64,000 nt of DNA, from positions 122,648-186,647 of the forward strand of contig CALIMM010000015.1 of NCBI GenBank assembly GCA_938045445.1, written 5' to 3'. Positions within the stretch are counted from its first letter, which is position 1. The number at the start of each line of letters is the position of its first letter. Both the position numbers and the translations under genes were made by a program. Of the stretch, positions 25,585 to 35,126 are shown piece by piece. This DNA comes from an uncultured Candidatus Saccharibacteria bacterium (GTDB lineage: Bacteria > Patescibacteriota > Saccharimonadia > Saccharimonadales > Saccharimonadaceae). A model generated the notes under the pieces. That model had not been told where the DNA came from. It saw only the letters and a program-made list of their open reading frames with translations, and searched no databases.

Positions 25585-27339
25585 ATGCTGCAGCGCCATC
25601 TTGCTACGCCACGCGCTCAGGCGCTCGCCACTGTGCTCGGCGGGCTACTTGTGGTGTTTGTGTTGCGCCTGGGGTATGTGCAGTTGCTGCAGCACGACTA
25701 CTATGTGTCGCAGGCTGATAGCGAGCAGGTCAAGCAATTTCGTCTGCGTGCCCAGCGCGGTGAGATATACACCATGGATGGTACTACTCCCGCCAAACTT
25801 GTCATGAATGAGACGGTCTATACCGTGTGGGCCGACCCAATGGCTGTGACGGATGCAGATAAGATCGTAGCGGTCCTCAACCAGGTGGCTGGTGGCAATG
25901 TGCGTGAGAACTTTCGCCAGTACATTACGCGCAAGCCAAGCCGCTACCAAGTGCTTGCCACCAAGGTGAACCGCAAGCAGGCTGAACTTATTAAGAAAGA
26001 GAATCTTGCTGGGGTGGGCTTTGATGCGATGAGCCAGCGCGTCTACCCAGAAGGGCAGCTGGCCAGCCAAGTGCTGGGCTTTGTTGATGCCGAGGGCAAG
26101 GGGAAGTACGGCTTCGAGCAAGCCAACGATGATAAGCTGCGCGGCACGGATGGCGTGCTCAAGACGGTGACGGACATCCGCTCAGTACCGCTGACGATTG
26201 GCCGGACGAACATCAACCAGCCCGCCAAGAATGGAACTAACATGGTGCTGACAATCGATCGCAACATCCAGACGAGGGTCGAGCAAGCGCTTGTCGATGG
26301 AGCCAAGCGCAGTGGCGCTACCGATGTCAGTGCCGTTGTGATGAACCCACAGAATGGCCAAGTCTTAGCCATGGCCAACCTCCCTACCTATGATCCGTCC
26401 AACCTCAAGACGATCAAAAGCGTCGCTGCACTCAACAACAACACCATCACCACACCATACGAGCCAGGCTCTGATATCAAGACATTCACAGTAGCAACGG
26501 GCATCGACAAAGGGGTTATCACGCCGCAAACGACGTACAATAATACCGATAGCATCAAGGTAGACGACATCACTATCGGCAATGCCAGCAAGGGCCAGAC
26601 GGGCAACATTACCATGCAGCACGCCCTTAATTGGTCGCTCAACACCGGTATGGTTACGGTGGCGCAGCGCTTGGGCAATGGCAGCTACATCACGCGCCAA
26701 GCGCGCGATACGATGTATGATTACTTCCACAAGCGCTTTCGCCTTGGGCAGTTGACGGGGATAGAGCTGGCTGGTGAGGCCAAGGGCAATATCATCTCGC
26801 CCACCCAGCAGCAGGGCAATGCCGTGCGCTACTCCAATATGTCCTTTGGCCAGGGGATGGATGCGACGATGCTGCAGGTCTCGGCTGGCTTTAGTGCGAT
26901 TATTAATGGTGGGACGTACTATAGCCCCACCGTCATTGCGGGGACGATTGACGACAATGGTACCTTTGCCAAGGCTGCGCGCAAAGCTTCGTATGCTCAT
27001 GTTATCAAGCCGCAATCATCTACCACTGTGCGCGAAATGGTACACCAAGCGCGCCAGGCCTTTTATGCGGGTGGCGATCGTGCGGGGTTCTACATTGGTG
27101 GCAAGACGGGCACATCGCAAACCATCAAAGACGGCAAGTATATTTCCAACCAAACCATTGGCACGTACCTCGGTTTTGGTGGGGAGGTTGGCAAAACACC
27201 AGCGTATGTTATTATGGTGGAGGTTTCGGGCAAAGGGCTGAATATGCAGGGGGGTCGAGACGCTCACCCGATTTTCACGGATATATCTAATTGGTTGCTC
27301 GACTACATGAAGCTCGAGCCGAAAGGAAACACACCATAA
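25585..27339 (+). CDS. ftsI: Penicillin-binding protein (FtsI/PBP2-type transpeptidase)
   Basis: N-terminal TM anchor. SxxK is present as GSDIKTF, SxN as WSLNTG and KTG as GGKTGTSQ. Confidence 0.9.
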   Translation: MLQRHLATPRAQALATVLGGLLVVFVLRLGYVQLLQHDYYVSQADSEQVKQFRLRAQRGEIYTMDGTTPAKLVMNETVYTVWADPMAVTDADKIVAVLNQVAGGNVRENFRQYITRKPSRYQVLATKVNRKQAELIKKENLAGVGFDAMSQRVYPEGQLASQVLGFVDAEGKGKYGFEQANDDKLRGTDGVLKTVTDIRSVPLTIGRTNINQPAKNGTNMVLTIDRNIQTRVEQALVDGAKRSGATDVSAVVMNPQNGQVLAMANLPTYDPSNLKTIKSVAALNNNTITTPYEPGSDIKTFTVATGIDKGVITPQTTYNNTDSIKVDDITIGNASKGQTGNITMQHALNWSLNTGMVTVAQRLGNGSYITRQARDTMYDYFHKRFRLGQLTGIELAGEAKGNIISPTQQQGNAVRYSNMSFGQGMDATMLQVSAGFSAIINGGTYYSPTVIAGTIDDNGTFAKAARKASYAHVIKPQSSTTVREMVHQARQAFYAGGDRAGFYIGGKTGTSQTIKDGKYISNQTIGTYLGFGGEVGKTPAYVIMVEVSGKGLNMQGGRDAHPIFTDISNWLLDYMKLEPKGNTP

Positions 27340-28367
27340 TGAACCTCACCACACTCGTTCGCGAGCTCAACGCGACATTTCTTCTCAGCGTCGCGGCTTT
27401 TTTGCTGGCGATGGCCCTCACGCCGCTCTATACCTACTTTGCGTATCGTTATAAGTTCTGGAAAAAACAGCGGGCCGCGAGCACGACGGGCGAGGAATTG
27501 ACGGTCTTTACCAAGCTCCATGCCGATAAATTTACGCGCGATATCCCCACTATGGCAGGGATGGTTGGCATTGTGGCCATTGCTGTGGTGACGCTGGGGT
27601 TTAATCTCGACCGAGCCCAGACCTGGCTCCCACTGGCGGCATTGCTTGGTGGTGGGGCAGTGGGACTGCTGGACGATGTGATTAATATCAACAGTGATGG
27701 CTCGGGCTCGGCGGGTCTGCGTGCCTGGCTAAAGTTCTCGATGATCGCGGTGATGGCGGCAGTACTGGCCTGGTTCTTCTACGTTAAGCTGGGCTATACA
27801 ACGGTGCATGTGCCATACCTTGGCGACTGGCAGCTGGGCCCGTGGATTGTCCCGCTCTTTATCTTTGCGGTGGTAGCAACTGGCAATGCAGTGAATATTA
27901 GCGATGGCCTGGATGGTTTGGCTGGTGGACTGCTGGCGGTAAGCTATTGCATCTTCGGGGTGATTGCTTTGCTGCAGGGGCATTTGCAGCTGGCGGGCTT
28001 TTGCTTCACCGTGGTGGGGGCGCTGCTGAGCTACCTGTGGTTTAATATCTATCCAGCACGGTTCTTTATGGGCGATGTGGGGAGCTTTGCCTTTGGGACG
28101 AGCCTAGGCGTGGTAGCGATGCTGACGAATACGTTGTTTTTGCTGCCAGTGATTGGTGTGCTGTTTGTGGTAGAGGCGGGCTCGAGCTTGATTCAGATCC
28201 TGAGTAAGAAGTTCTTTCACCGTAAGGTGTTTATCTCAGCACCAATTCACCAGCACTTCCAAGCGATTGGTTGGCCAGAGGTGAAGGTGACGATGCGTTT
28301 CTGGGTGATCTCTTGCGTGACGGGATTTATTGGTCTGATGATGGCGCTTGGTGGGGGGCATATCTAG
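27339..28367 (+). CDS. mraY: Phospho-N-acetylmuramoyl-pentapeptide transferase
   Basis: ATG 27339 overlaps the ftsI stop (TAATG). NAVNISDGLDGLAGG and FMGDVGSFAFG motifs are present, and the protein is multi-pass membrane. Confidence 0.92.
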   Translation: MNLTTLVRELNATFLLSVAAFLLAMALTPLYTYFAYRYKFWKKQRAASTTGEELTVFTKLHADKFTRDIPTMAGMVGIVAIAVVTLGFNLDRAQTWLPLAALLGGGAVGLLDDVININSDGSGSAGLRAWLKFSMIAVMAAVLAWFFYVKLGYTTVHVPYLGDWQLGPWIVPLFIFAVVATGNAVNISDGLDGLAGGLLAVSYCIFGVIALLQGHLQLAGFCFTVVGALLSYLWFNIYPARFFMGDVGSFAFGTSLGVVAMLTNTLFLLPVIGVLFVVEAGSSLIQILSKKFFHRKVFISAPIHQHFQAIGWPEVKVTMRFWVISCVTGFIGLMMALGGGHI

Positions 28368-28368
28368 A

Positions 28369-29727
28369 ATGGCTGCTGCTCGCCGCACTCGTGCTGCTCA
28401 CCGATCGGCTTCGGCTCGGTCGGCTCAGCCAGTGCGCCGCGAGCAACGGAGTGCTACCTCTGCTCCATCTGCCGCTGTGCCGCGTTTGCACCGGCCGGAT
28501 TATCAGATTATCCTCTGGGTGGGGCTGCTCATGCTGCTTGGTTTGGTGGTAATGTATGCCATTGGCCCGCAGCGTGCTAATGTACTCAACTCTGCACACA
28601 ACACCAACTACTACACCGATGGCTACTTCGCCATTAAGCAGACGGTGAGCTTGCTCCTGTCAATTAGCGCTTTTGTGGGGTTGTCGCTCGTACCCTTTGC
28701 ATGGCTGCGCCAGAAGGCGGGTACGCTGCTAGCGAGCGGCTTCGTGCTGTGTGCACTGCTGTTTGTTCTTGGCAATATGCTACATGTCTCGGCGATTGCT
28801 CAGTGTAGCCTTGGGGCGTGCCGCTGGTTCTCGCTGGGGCCACTAGGGAGCTTCCAGCCAGCCGAGATGCTGAAGTTTGGCATGCTTATCTATATGGCGC
28901 TCTTCCTCGGCACACGGGCGCGCCAGGGGGTGATAAACGACCTCCATCAGACGATCATCCCCATGGTAATTATGATGTGCGCCGCGCTCTTCTTCGTGAT
29001 ATTTTTGCAAAAGGATATGGGCACAGGCCTGGCGCTCACTGCCATGGTGGCGTGTATGCTGGTGATGAGTGGTATGAGCTGGCGCTGGCTGGCCTACCTA
29101 GCGGCGGGCTGTGTGGCATTGGTGCTACTGCTTATCGTTATCGCGCCGCACCGCATGGAGCGGGTGGCGACCTTCTTCCAGGGGGATGACCACGCCGCCA
29201 GCAGCAATGATGATGGCTACCACATCAAGAATGCGAAGATTGCGCTGGGTACAGGAGGGCTATTTGGCCTGGGTATTGGCAACAGCATCCAAGCAACGGG
29301 TTACCTCCCCGAGGCAATTAACGACTCAGTCTTTGCTATCATTGGTGAGACGTTTGGCTTTGTGGGGGCGGTAGTGGTGCTGGCGTTGTTTGCAGCGCTG
29401 CTGCTGCGCTTGCTGAGGATTGCCGAGCGTTTGCCCGATATGACAATGCGCCTGGTGGTAGTTGGAGTCTTTGGCTGGCTGGGCGCACATGTTATGCTAA
29501 ATGTAGCGTCGATGATTGGAGTCTTCCCGCTGACGGGTATTACGCTGCCATTGCTGAGCTTTGGTGGCACCAGTATGGTATTTATTGCTGGTGCGCTTGG
29601 TCTGGCCTTCCAATTATCACGCCAGGCAGCTTACCAACCAATCAACGAAAAGGAGACCTCTCATGAAGCTACTGGCAGTCGGCGGTGGATCGGGCGGGCA
29701 CGTTACGCCGGTCGTCGCCGTCATTAA
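28369..29727 (+). CDS. ftsW: SEDS-family peptidoglycan polymerase FtsW/RodA
   Basis: ATG 28369 is 1 nt after the mraY stop. The N-terminus is Arg-rich. GLGIGNSIQATGYLPEAINDSVFAIIGETFGFVG is the conserved SEDS block. Confidence 0.88.
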   Translation: MAAARRTRAAHRSASARSAQPVRREQRSATSAPSAAVPRLHRPDYQIILWVGLLMLLGLVVMYAIGPQRANVLNSAHNTNYYTDGYFAIKQTVSLLLSISAFVGLSLVPFAWLRQKAGTLLASGFVLCALLFVLGNMLHVSAIAQCSLGACRWFSLGPLGSFQPAEMLKFGMLIYMALFLGTRARQGVINDLHQTIIPMVIMMCAALFFVIFLQKDMGTGLALTAMVACMLVMSGMSWRWLAYLAAGCVALVLLLIVIAPHRMERVATFFQGDDHAASSNDDGYHIKNAKIALGTGGLFGLGIGNSIQATGYLPEAINDSVFAIIGETFGFVGAVVVLALFAALLLRLLRIAERLPDMTMRLVVVGVFGWLGAHVMLNVASMIGVFPLTGITLPLLSFGGTSMVFIAGALGLAFQLSRQAAYQPINEKETSHEATGSRRWIGRARYAGRRRH

Positions 29728-30814
29728 TGAAATCGCAGCCCTCCAGCCCGATGTGCAGGTGACCTTCGTCTGCGATAAGGCCTTCGCTAGCCAATCGCGC
29801 GGGCTCATGCAGCACGCTGCAGTGCCAGTGCGGGTGCGGACAATCGCTGCGGGCAAGTTCCGGCGCTACCAGCACCTCAGCGTAGTGCGCCAGTTGCTCA
29901 TGCCGAGTATTGTCCTGGCTAATATACTAGATATCTTTAAGATCCTGGCTGGCATATGCCAGAGCCTCTGGCTGGTGCTGCGCTGGCGGCCAGATGTGAT
30001 CTTTGCCAAAGGGGGGTTTGTGTGTTTGCCTGTTGGCATTGCGGCGCGCTGCCTGCGCGTGCCAGTAGTCATCCACGACTCCGATGCTCGCCCTGGCCTG
30101 ACTAACCGTGTGATGGCACGCTGGGCGGCAGCGATTGCTACGGGCTGGCCACTCAAGCATTATCACTATCCAGCATCGCGTAGCCGCTATGTGGGGGTGC
30201 CGATTGGCGCTGATTTTCGCCCGCTCACCCCAGCGCAGCGGCAGCAAGCACGGCAGACCTTCTCGCTTGATCCACACAAGCCATTAGTTGTCGCTACCGG
30301 TGGTGGTCTTGGTTCGGCTATTATCAATCACGCGGTGCTGCGCGCTGCCGATGACCTGCTGGCTGCTGGCATGCAGGTTTATCTGGTGGCAGGCAAGGGC
30401 AATTACGATGCCGCCCAAGCCAAAGCGCCGCAGCACCCCGATTTTCACTGCGTACCCTTCGTTTTTGAGCATATGGCGCAATTGCTCGGCGCGGCCGATG
30501 TCGTGGTATCTCGCGCCAGTGCCACCTTCACACAGGAGCTTGCTGGCCTCGCGCAGGCGGCTATCTTGGTGCCGGCCCATCACCTGGGCGACCAACGCAA
30601 AAATGCCGCCATCTATGCCGAAGCCAAGGCTGCGCTGGTCTTGCAAGATGGTGCCTTAGAGCAGAGCGATGCCCTTGGCCAAGCCATTCTTACCCTCATG
30701 CGCGACCCTGCGCAGCGCCAGCAGCTTGCTCAGCGCCTTCACACCTATGCACGTCCCTACGCTGCCCGCGATGTAGCGCAAATGGTGGTAGAGACGGCTC
30801 GGCGTCAGAAGTAG
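29663..30814 (+). CDS. murG: UDP-N-acetylglucosamine--N-acetylmuramyl-(pentapeptide) pyrophosphoryl-undecaprenol GlcNAc transferase
   Basis: MKLLAVGGGSGGHVTPVVAV is the G-loop. SD AAAGGAG lies at 29649-29655. The gene overlaps the ftsW 3' end by 65 nt. Confidence 0.9.
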   Translation: MKLLAVGGGSGGHVTPVVAVINEIAALQPDVQVTFVCDKAFASQSRGLMQHAAVPVRVRTIAAGKFRRYQHLSVVRQLLMPSIVLANILDIFKILAGICQSLWLVLRWRPDVIFAKGGFVCLPVGIAARCLRVPVVIHDSDARPGLTNRVMARWAAAIATGWPLKHYHYPASRSRYVGVPIGADFRPLTPAQRQQARQTFSLDPHKPLVVATGGGLGSAIINHAVLRAADDLLAAGMQVYLVAGKGNYDAAQAKAPQHPDFHCVPFVFEHMAQLLGAADVVVSRASATFTQELAGLAQAAILVPAHHLGDQRKNAAIYAEAKAALVLQDGALEQSDALGQAILTLMRDPAQRQQLAQRLHTYARPYAARDVAQMVVETARRQK

Positions 30815-30845
30815 GGTAGAGCACTCGCGTATCATATAGACAAAC

Positions 30846-30870
30846 AAAACCGGTTGGAATGACCGGTTTT
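30846..30870. terminator. Bidirectional-type terminator AAAACCGGT-TGGAATG-ACCGGTTTT
   Basis: It lies between convergent murG and the small minus-strand genes. It is 24/25 identical to the hairpin at 11441-11465. Confidence 0.85.
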
Positions 30871-30902
30871 AGTATAATTTTATTATAAGCTTGCATAGTG
30901 AC

Positions 30903-31118
30903 TCACCAAATGACAGCACGTCTGGAGACTAGCGACAATGATGCGGATAGGGCTGTATCAGCGCTGTTGAGGTCGCTCATCGCAGCGTTCCCAAATTCTT
31001 CGCGGCTAGCCCATGGGATGTCGCCGCCGTGCTTTTCGTAACCATGGTCCATGATTCCTTCGATGGCGGCAAACTGGGCGTCGCTCCCAGGCGTTAGGTA
31101 ATCGTTTATTGAATACAA
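30903..31118 (-). CDS. Small hypothetical protein (71 aa; TTG start uncertain)
   Basis: The ORF follows the 74-aa gene by 10 nt. The only start is TTG 31118 or the internal ATG 31052, and the SD is weak. Confidence 0.35.
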   Translation of the reverse strand: MYSINDYLTPGSDAQFAAIEGIMDHGYEKHGGDIPWASREEFGNAAMSDLNSADTALSASLSLVSRRAVIW

Positions 31119-31128
31119 TTATCTCATC

Positions 31129-31353
31129 TTACTTGGATAAGGCGTTTACGGCCTTGACAATGTCATGAAACTTGTACAATATTTCGCCAGATTGCTCAAA
31201 TGGAATTGGCATAGCAACAGTAGTCCAAAGACGTTTGCATTCTTGTCGAAAGGCTCCGTAAAACACTTCAATACCTAATGACCCAATAAGGCGAAGCTCA
31301 TCTTTCGTTAGTTGAACAGTTGCCCCTTCCTTCGTTGTTTCTAGTACTTTCAT
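31129..31353 (-). CDS. Small hypothetical protein (74 aa)
   Basis: SD GGAGAAA lies upstream of ATG 31353. MKVLETTKEGATVQLTKDELRLIGSLGIEVFYGAFRQE... looks protein-like. It is AT-richer than the dcw genes. Confidence 0.6.
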   Translation of the reverse strand: MKVLETTKEGATVQLTKDELRLIGSLGIEVFYGAFRQECKRLWTTVAMPIPFEQSGEILYKFHDIVKAVNALSK

Positions 31354-31537
31354 CGCAGTTTCTCCGATTATGTTGATGATGCCATTAGTATGGAGAAAAC
31401 TGGGGTATAAGTCAAGGGCGTGTTATGTGTTAGCCTGTGGGAACTTCTTGACGATGGTGCCCCAGATGGGATCGAAAATGAAGTGGCGCAGACTTTGCCA
31501 ACAACCAACCATCTACGGTATAATGGCCTGTAGCATC

Positions 31538-32464
31538 ATGGGCTTTCGCACAAAACAAACACCACCACCCGCGCGCCGCCGAGCTGCCAAAAACAAGAGG
31601 GAAGAGCAGCCCCAGCGCACCGCCTACACCTACCGGCGTAACCGGACGCTGACCGGTAGCTTGGTGAGCCGTGTGCCGAGTGCGAGCGAGCCCAAGGCGC
31701 AGCTGCGGTCGCCGCGTATGCATGCGCATGATTTGCGCCGGACGCGCCGCCGCGTGGTATTGTCGCTTGGAGTAGTGATGGGGCTGCTGGCTGCAGTGTG
31801 GTTTGCGCTTGATAACGTCATTGCGACACCAGTTGTTGCAGGCAATCTCACCAGCAACCATCAGCTCTACCAAGCCAAGATCAACGACTATCTCACTGCC
31901 CATCCGCTGGAGCGTTTTCGCTTTGCACTCAATACTAGTCGGCTGGCGGCCTATCTCCAGACGCATGATTGCCCCGAGGTGGCCGCAGTGCTTCCAGCCA
32001 CGCAGCAAGCTGGCTTGGGGCGTAGCACCATCACCCTCGCTATGCGCCAGGCAGCAGTGGTCTGGACGGTTAATCGCCAGCAGCTCTTTGTCGATACCGA
32101 GGGCCACGCCTTCCGCCGCGCTTATGGGTCACGGCCAAGCATTGAAGTAGTGGACGACAGTGGTATCGGCACGCGCAATAACCAAGTCGTCGCGAGCAAC
32201 CAATTCCTCGGTTTTATCGGTAAAGTCGTCGGCGCAGTCCGCCGCCACCAGCTCACCGTCCAAAAGATCACGCTGCCTGCTGGCACGACGCGTCAAATCT
32301 ACGTTTGGTTTACAGGGGTGGAGTATCCTGTTAAGTTCTCGGTCGATCGCTCGGCTGGCTTGCAGAGCGAGGACGCCGCCCGGGCCATCCGCTACCTGGC
32401 GCAGCACCACATCACCCCCAAATACCTCGACGTCCGCGTCAGTGGCCGAGCAGCGTATCGGTAA
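31538..32464 (+). CDS. ftsQ: FtsQ/DivIB-like division protein
   Basis: It has a basic N-terminus, one TM helix (VVLSLGVVMGLLAAVWFAL), then a POTRA/FtsQ-like ectodomain, and its position in the dcw cluster fits. The start is uncertain: TATAAT (31519-31524) precedes ATG 31538, and the track's start at 31370 would overlap the divergent promoter. Confidence 0.7.
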   Translation: MGFRTKQTPPPARRRAAKNKREEQPQRTAYTYRRNRTLTGSLVSRVPSASEPKAQLRSPRMHAHDLRRTRRRVVLSLGVVMGLLAAVWFALDNVIATPVVAGNLTSNHQLYQAKINDYLTAHPLERFRFALNTSRLAAYLQTHDCPEVAAVLPATQQAGLGRSTITLAMRQAAVVWTVNRQQLFVDTEGHAFRRAYGSRPSIEVVDDSGIGTRNNQVVASNQFLGFIGKVVGAVRRHQLTVQKITLPAGTTRQIYVWFTGVEYPVKFSVDRSAGLQSEDAARAIRYLAQHHITPKYLDVRVSGRAAYR

Positions 32465-32538
32465 TGGGGAACTTGTTAATAACAAAGGTATTAGCGCTTG
32501 TAAAGTACAGGACCAACAAGGAAACTGGTCTATAGTAT

Positions 32539-32562
32539 GGATATTGAGATATCCGCTTTTTC
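32539..32562 (+). terminator. Weak AT-rich terminator after ftsQ
   Basis: GGATAT (32539-32544), loop TGAG, ATATCC (32549-32554), then GCTTTTT. Confidence 0.4.
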
Positions 32563-32707
32563 TATAGCGTCTTCACCGTCATTGATGGGACGAGATCGAT
32601 TGTCATGAGTAACGACCAGAGGATGATTAGTTTTGACGTAAGAGTCCGACATCCTGATATTCACGAGAGGTATTAAGCTATAAACCTTTCTGAGAATGGA
32701 GCGGCAT

Positions 32708-32788
32708 AAGAGAAATTACTGAGGTTATGAAGCATCGGTTTCGTCGCTAACTGCAGCGCATCCAGCAAAGGGTAGGGGAGCTCTGTAA
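32708..32788. repeat. Copy C (with internal insertion) of the ~60-nt intergenic repeat
   Basis: AAGAGAAATTACTGAGG ... CCAGCAAAGGGTAGGGGAGCTCTGTA corresponds to the ends of copies A and B. Confidence 0.4.
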
Positions 32789-34388
32789 AACAAGAACAAA
32801 TTTACAACACTTTACATAACAAAGCATAAAAAATGCAAATAATATATTTATACTACAAAATCGACAAAATGCAAAAAAGAGTAGGGGAGATGTTTTTTGC
32901 GAAAAAGTCAAATCATGATATTGTATAGATTTTTAATCTCGGTCAACTCAAGCAGGGTAGAAAACATAGCAAAAATACCAAGCAAACAAAATGTCAAACA
33001 ACGCAACCATGGCTCAGAATCTGTGGGGCTCAGGTTAGTATTAGTATTGGTATGACGTCAGGCAAACACGAGACCGGAATACGTATGTCTAGTTCTGCGG
33101 CCAAGCTCATTTGTTCGATATCGAGCCACTGCACAGACAAGTTACAAACCTTGCGCAGCAAACAAACACATTCACACGAACAAACGTACATAACTTTGCA
33201 CGCATGAATGTTCATGAACATATACACAGTGTGTTCCCTCCAATAGAACAAGCGTCTGCTTTTACTTTTGCAGGACGTATAAGTGCCCGCAGCTCTATCC
33301 TTACTCTCCCCATTGGATGGCGCGGATATCTTAAGTGAACCTGCTGAACAAGAAGCAAGATCGATCAATAATCGAAGATCTATATACCGGATATATACGT
33401 TTTATGCTCATGAAGCCCATAACCGCCAAACCCAGCTCAATTCGGGCCGCATCTGGGGTCAGATCTATATATGCATCGTAAAAGGATTATTGTGCGAAGT
33501 TATATTACACTCCTAAAGATGATCAATGATACATCCTTTGCGTCTACCCTACTGCTGCGTGGATGTGAATTATTGTGTACGCGTTGATTGCGATACATGG
33601 CGACTCATCATTCCCTTGTCTATGGGCGCTGATGTTTATGCTTATGCTTATGCTTTGCTGCTAGCTGCTACTTTTGCTGTGCATGGTTGCTTGCTATATT
33701 GTGTAGTATAGTTAATCAGCGCGGTAAGATTGTGAGCTTTCTGGGTATATTTCTATGCGGCTTTAGGTTGTTATTGATTGCTAGCTTAATAGCTTTCATC
33801 TAAGCCGAAACCTATATGCTGTGTGCTGCTGCCAGGACAAGTATGACTCTCTGACTGGCCTAAGAGATATAGGCAGAGAGATGGCCTGACGGTGAGCAGA
33901 GAGCTACAGCTCAGGTGAGGTATGTCACGAGAACACAGCTCTCGAATATGAGCTTATCAGTGGTAGGTGTTAGTGAAATGAGGCAGAAACAGGGGTAGGG
34001 CGGTTGCCGGGGATTTTTTGGCGAAAGGGTGGCAGACTCCCCTGCCTTGCCCTGCCCTTTTTGTTTGCTTTTGCTGTGTACTTGAGATGCTCTCTGCAAA
34101 AGGAATAGATGCAAGAGGTATATATGAGCAAATTGTAGCTGCGATGGAATTATCTTGCATACAAACGGTCGATACATAAGCCTATGAGTGCAAAATCACA
34201 CGCGAATATCCGCAGCCATCATGTGTATACGATATTTGTCCAGGCGGCAAATTACCTCTGTTATAGCTGAGTATATGTAGTGTTCGGGGCGGGAGGGGAA
34301 GGCCACTTCCCTATCGTTATTTCTCTCAACCTGTAGACTCGAGCTCTCACTTATTTTCAGGCTGTTTATGATCCACCAAAATAAAGAC

Positions 34389-35126
34389 TTATGCTCTTGT
34401 GAGGATGAGTACTGAGATGCGTTTGGCTCGCCCAACACCAATGTGCTCGGGCACAGAGAGATTCGACACCGCTAATCCTGCCTCCGTAGCCGCAGCAATA
34501 TACTCCTTCATTGGCCGATGAAAGAAAAGAACTCGCTCTGGATGCGCGTCCTTGCCATGAATCCGGAACGGGATTTCAAAGACGTAAGATGTTTGCATGT
34601 TATAGTCAGATACATCTACATCGCTTCTTCCTGGCAGATAGGTATCTGGGTTGGGCAATGTTGCAATAAACGCACCGTCAGCCGCAAGAAGCCGAGCTGC
34701 TGCGGCAAAGAATGAATAATGGTTTGGCACACAATGCAACACCATATTTGCCACGAGTGCATCAAAGGAAGCGTTGGGATGGTTGTAGGCATAGTCTTCA
34801 AGAGACGTGGCTTCAAATTGAAGATGAGACTGCGTATGCGTTGTGGAAGCAATCTCAATACCTTGATCAGCCGGATCAATTCCAACTACCGTAAAACCAA
34901 GTGATGCAATATGGCTGGACAAAAACCCAATGCCACAGCCAACATCAAGTACGCTACCATGACCGTCCGGTAATAATCCGGTCAGTTTCTGTAGAATAAG
35001 ATGCGAGAGCGCCCGATACGACGGGTCGTCGTTTGATCCTAATTCGTGCAGACGTGCTGCGGAATTAGCGTTCCAGCGGGCTGCTTGGTCGGTGACAGTG
35101 TAGGTGTGAGATGAATGGATTGTCAT
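34389..35126 (-). CDS. Class I SAM-dependent methyltransferase
   Basis: VLDVGCGIGFLSSHIA...VVGIDPA is motif I and post I. TAGAAT lies 9 nt upstream of the ATG. Confidence 0.85.
   Translation of the reverse strand: MTIHSSHTYTVTDQAARWNANSAARLHELGSNDDPSYRALSHLILQKLTGLLPDGHGSVLDVGCGIGFLSSHIASLGFTVVGIDPADQGIEIASTTHTQSHLQFEATSLEDYAYNHPNASFDALVANMVLHCVPNHYSFFAAAARLLAADGAFIATLPNPDTYLPGRSDVDVSDYNMQTSYVFEIPFRIHGKDAHPERVLFFHRPMKEYIAAATEAGLAVSNLSVPEHIGVGRAKRISVLILTRA

Noticed and set aside
32566-32691. 41-codon minus-strand ORF (MSDSYVKTNHPLVVTHDNRSRPINDGEDAIEKADISISIL) at the edge of the AT-rich gap
   Set aside because: It has no SD or -10 signal that I could see, and no recognisable family. It may be a gene relic, but I cannot support it.
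32833-32860. dif-like XerC/D site (AAATGCAAATAATATATTTATACTACAAAA) in the AT-rich gap
   Set aside because: The left arm and AT-rich centre are vaguely dif-like. The right arm (TATACTACAAA) does not match the conserved TTATGTNAA XerD arm. In such AT-rich DNA this level of similarity is expected by chance.
33636-33690. Short tandem repeats (TTATGC x3, then GCTGCTAGCTGCTACTTTTGCTG), considered as a CRISPR or minisatellite
   Set aside because: The units are 6 nt with no spacers, and no repeat-spacer architecture exists anywhere in the window. It is only a low-complexity microsatellite.
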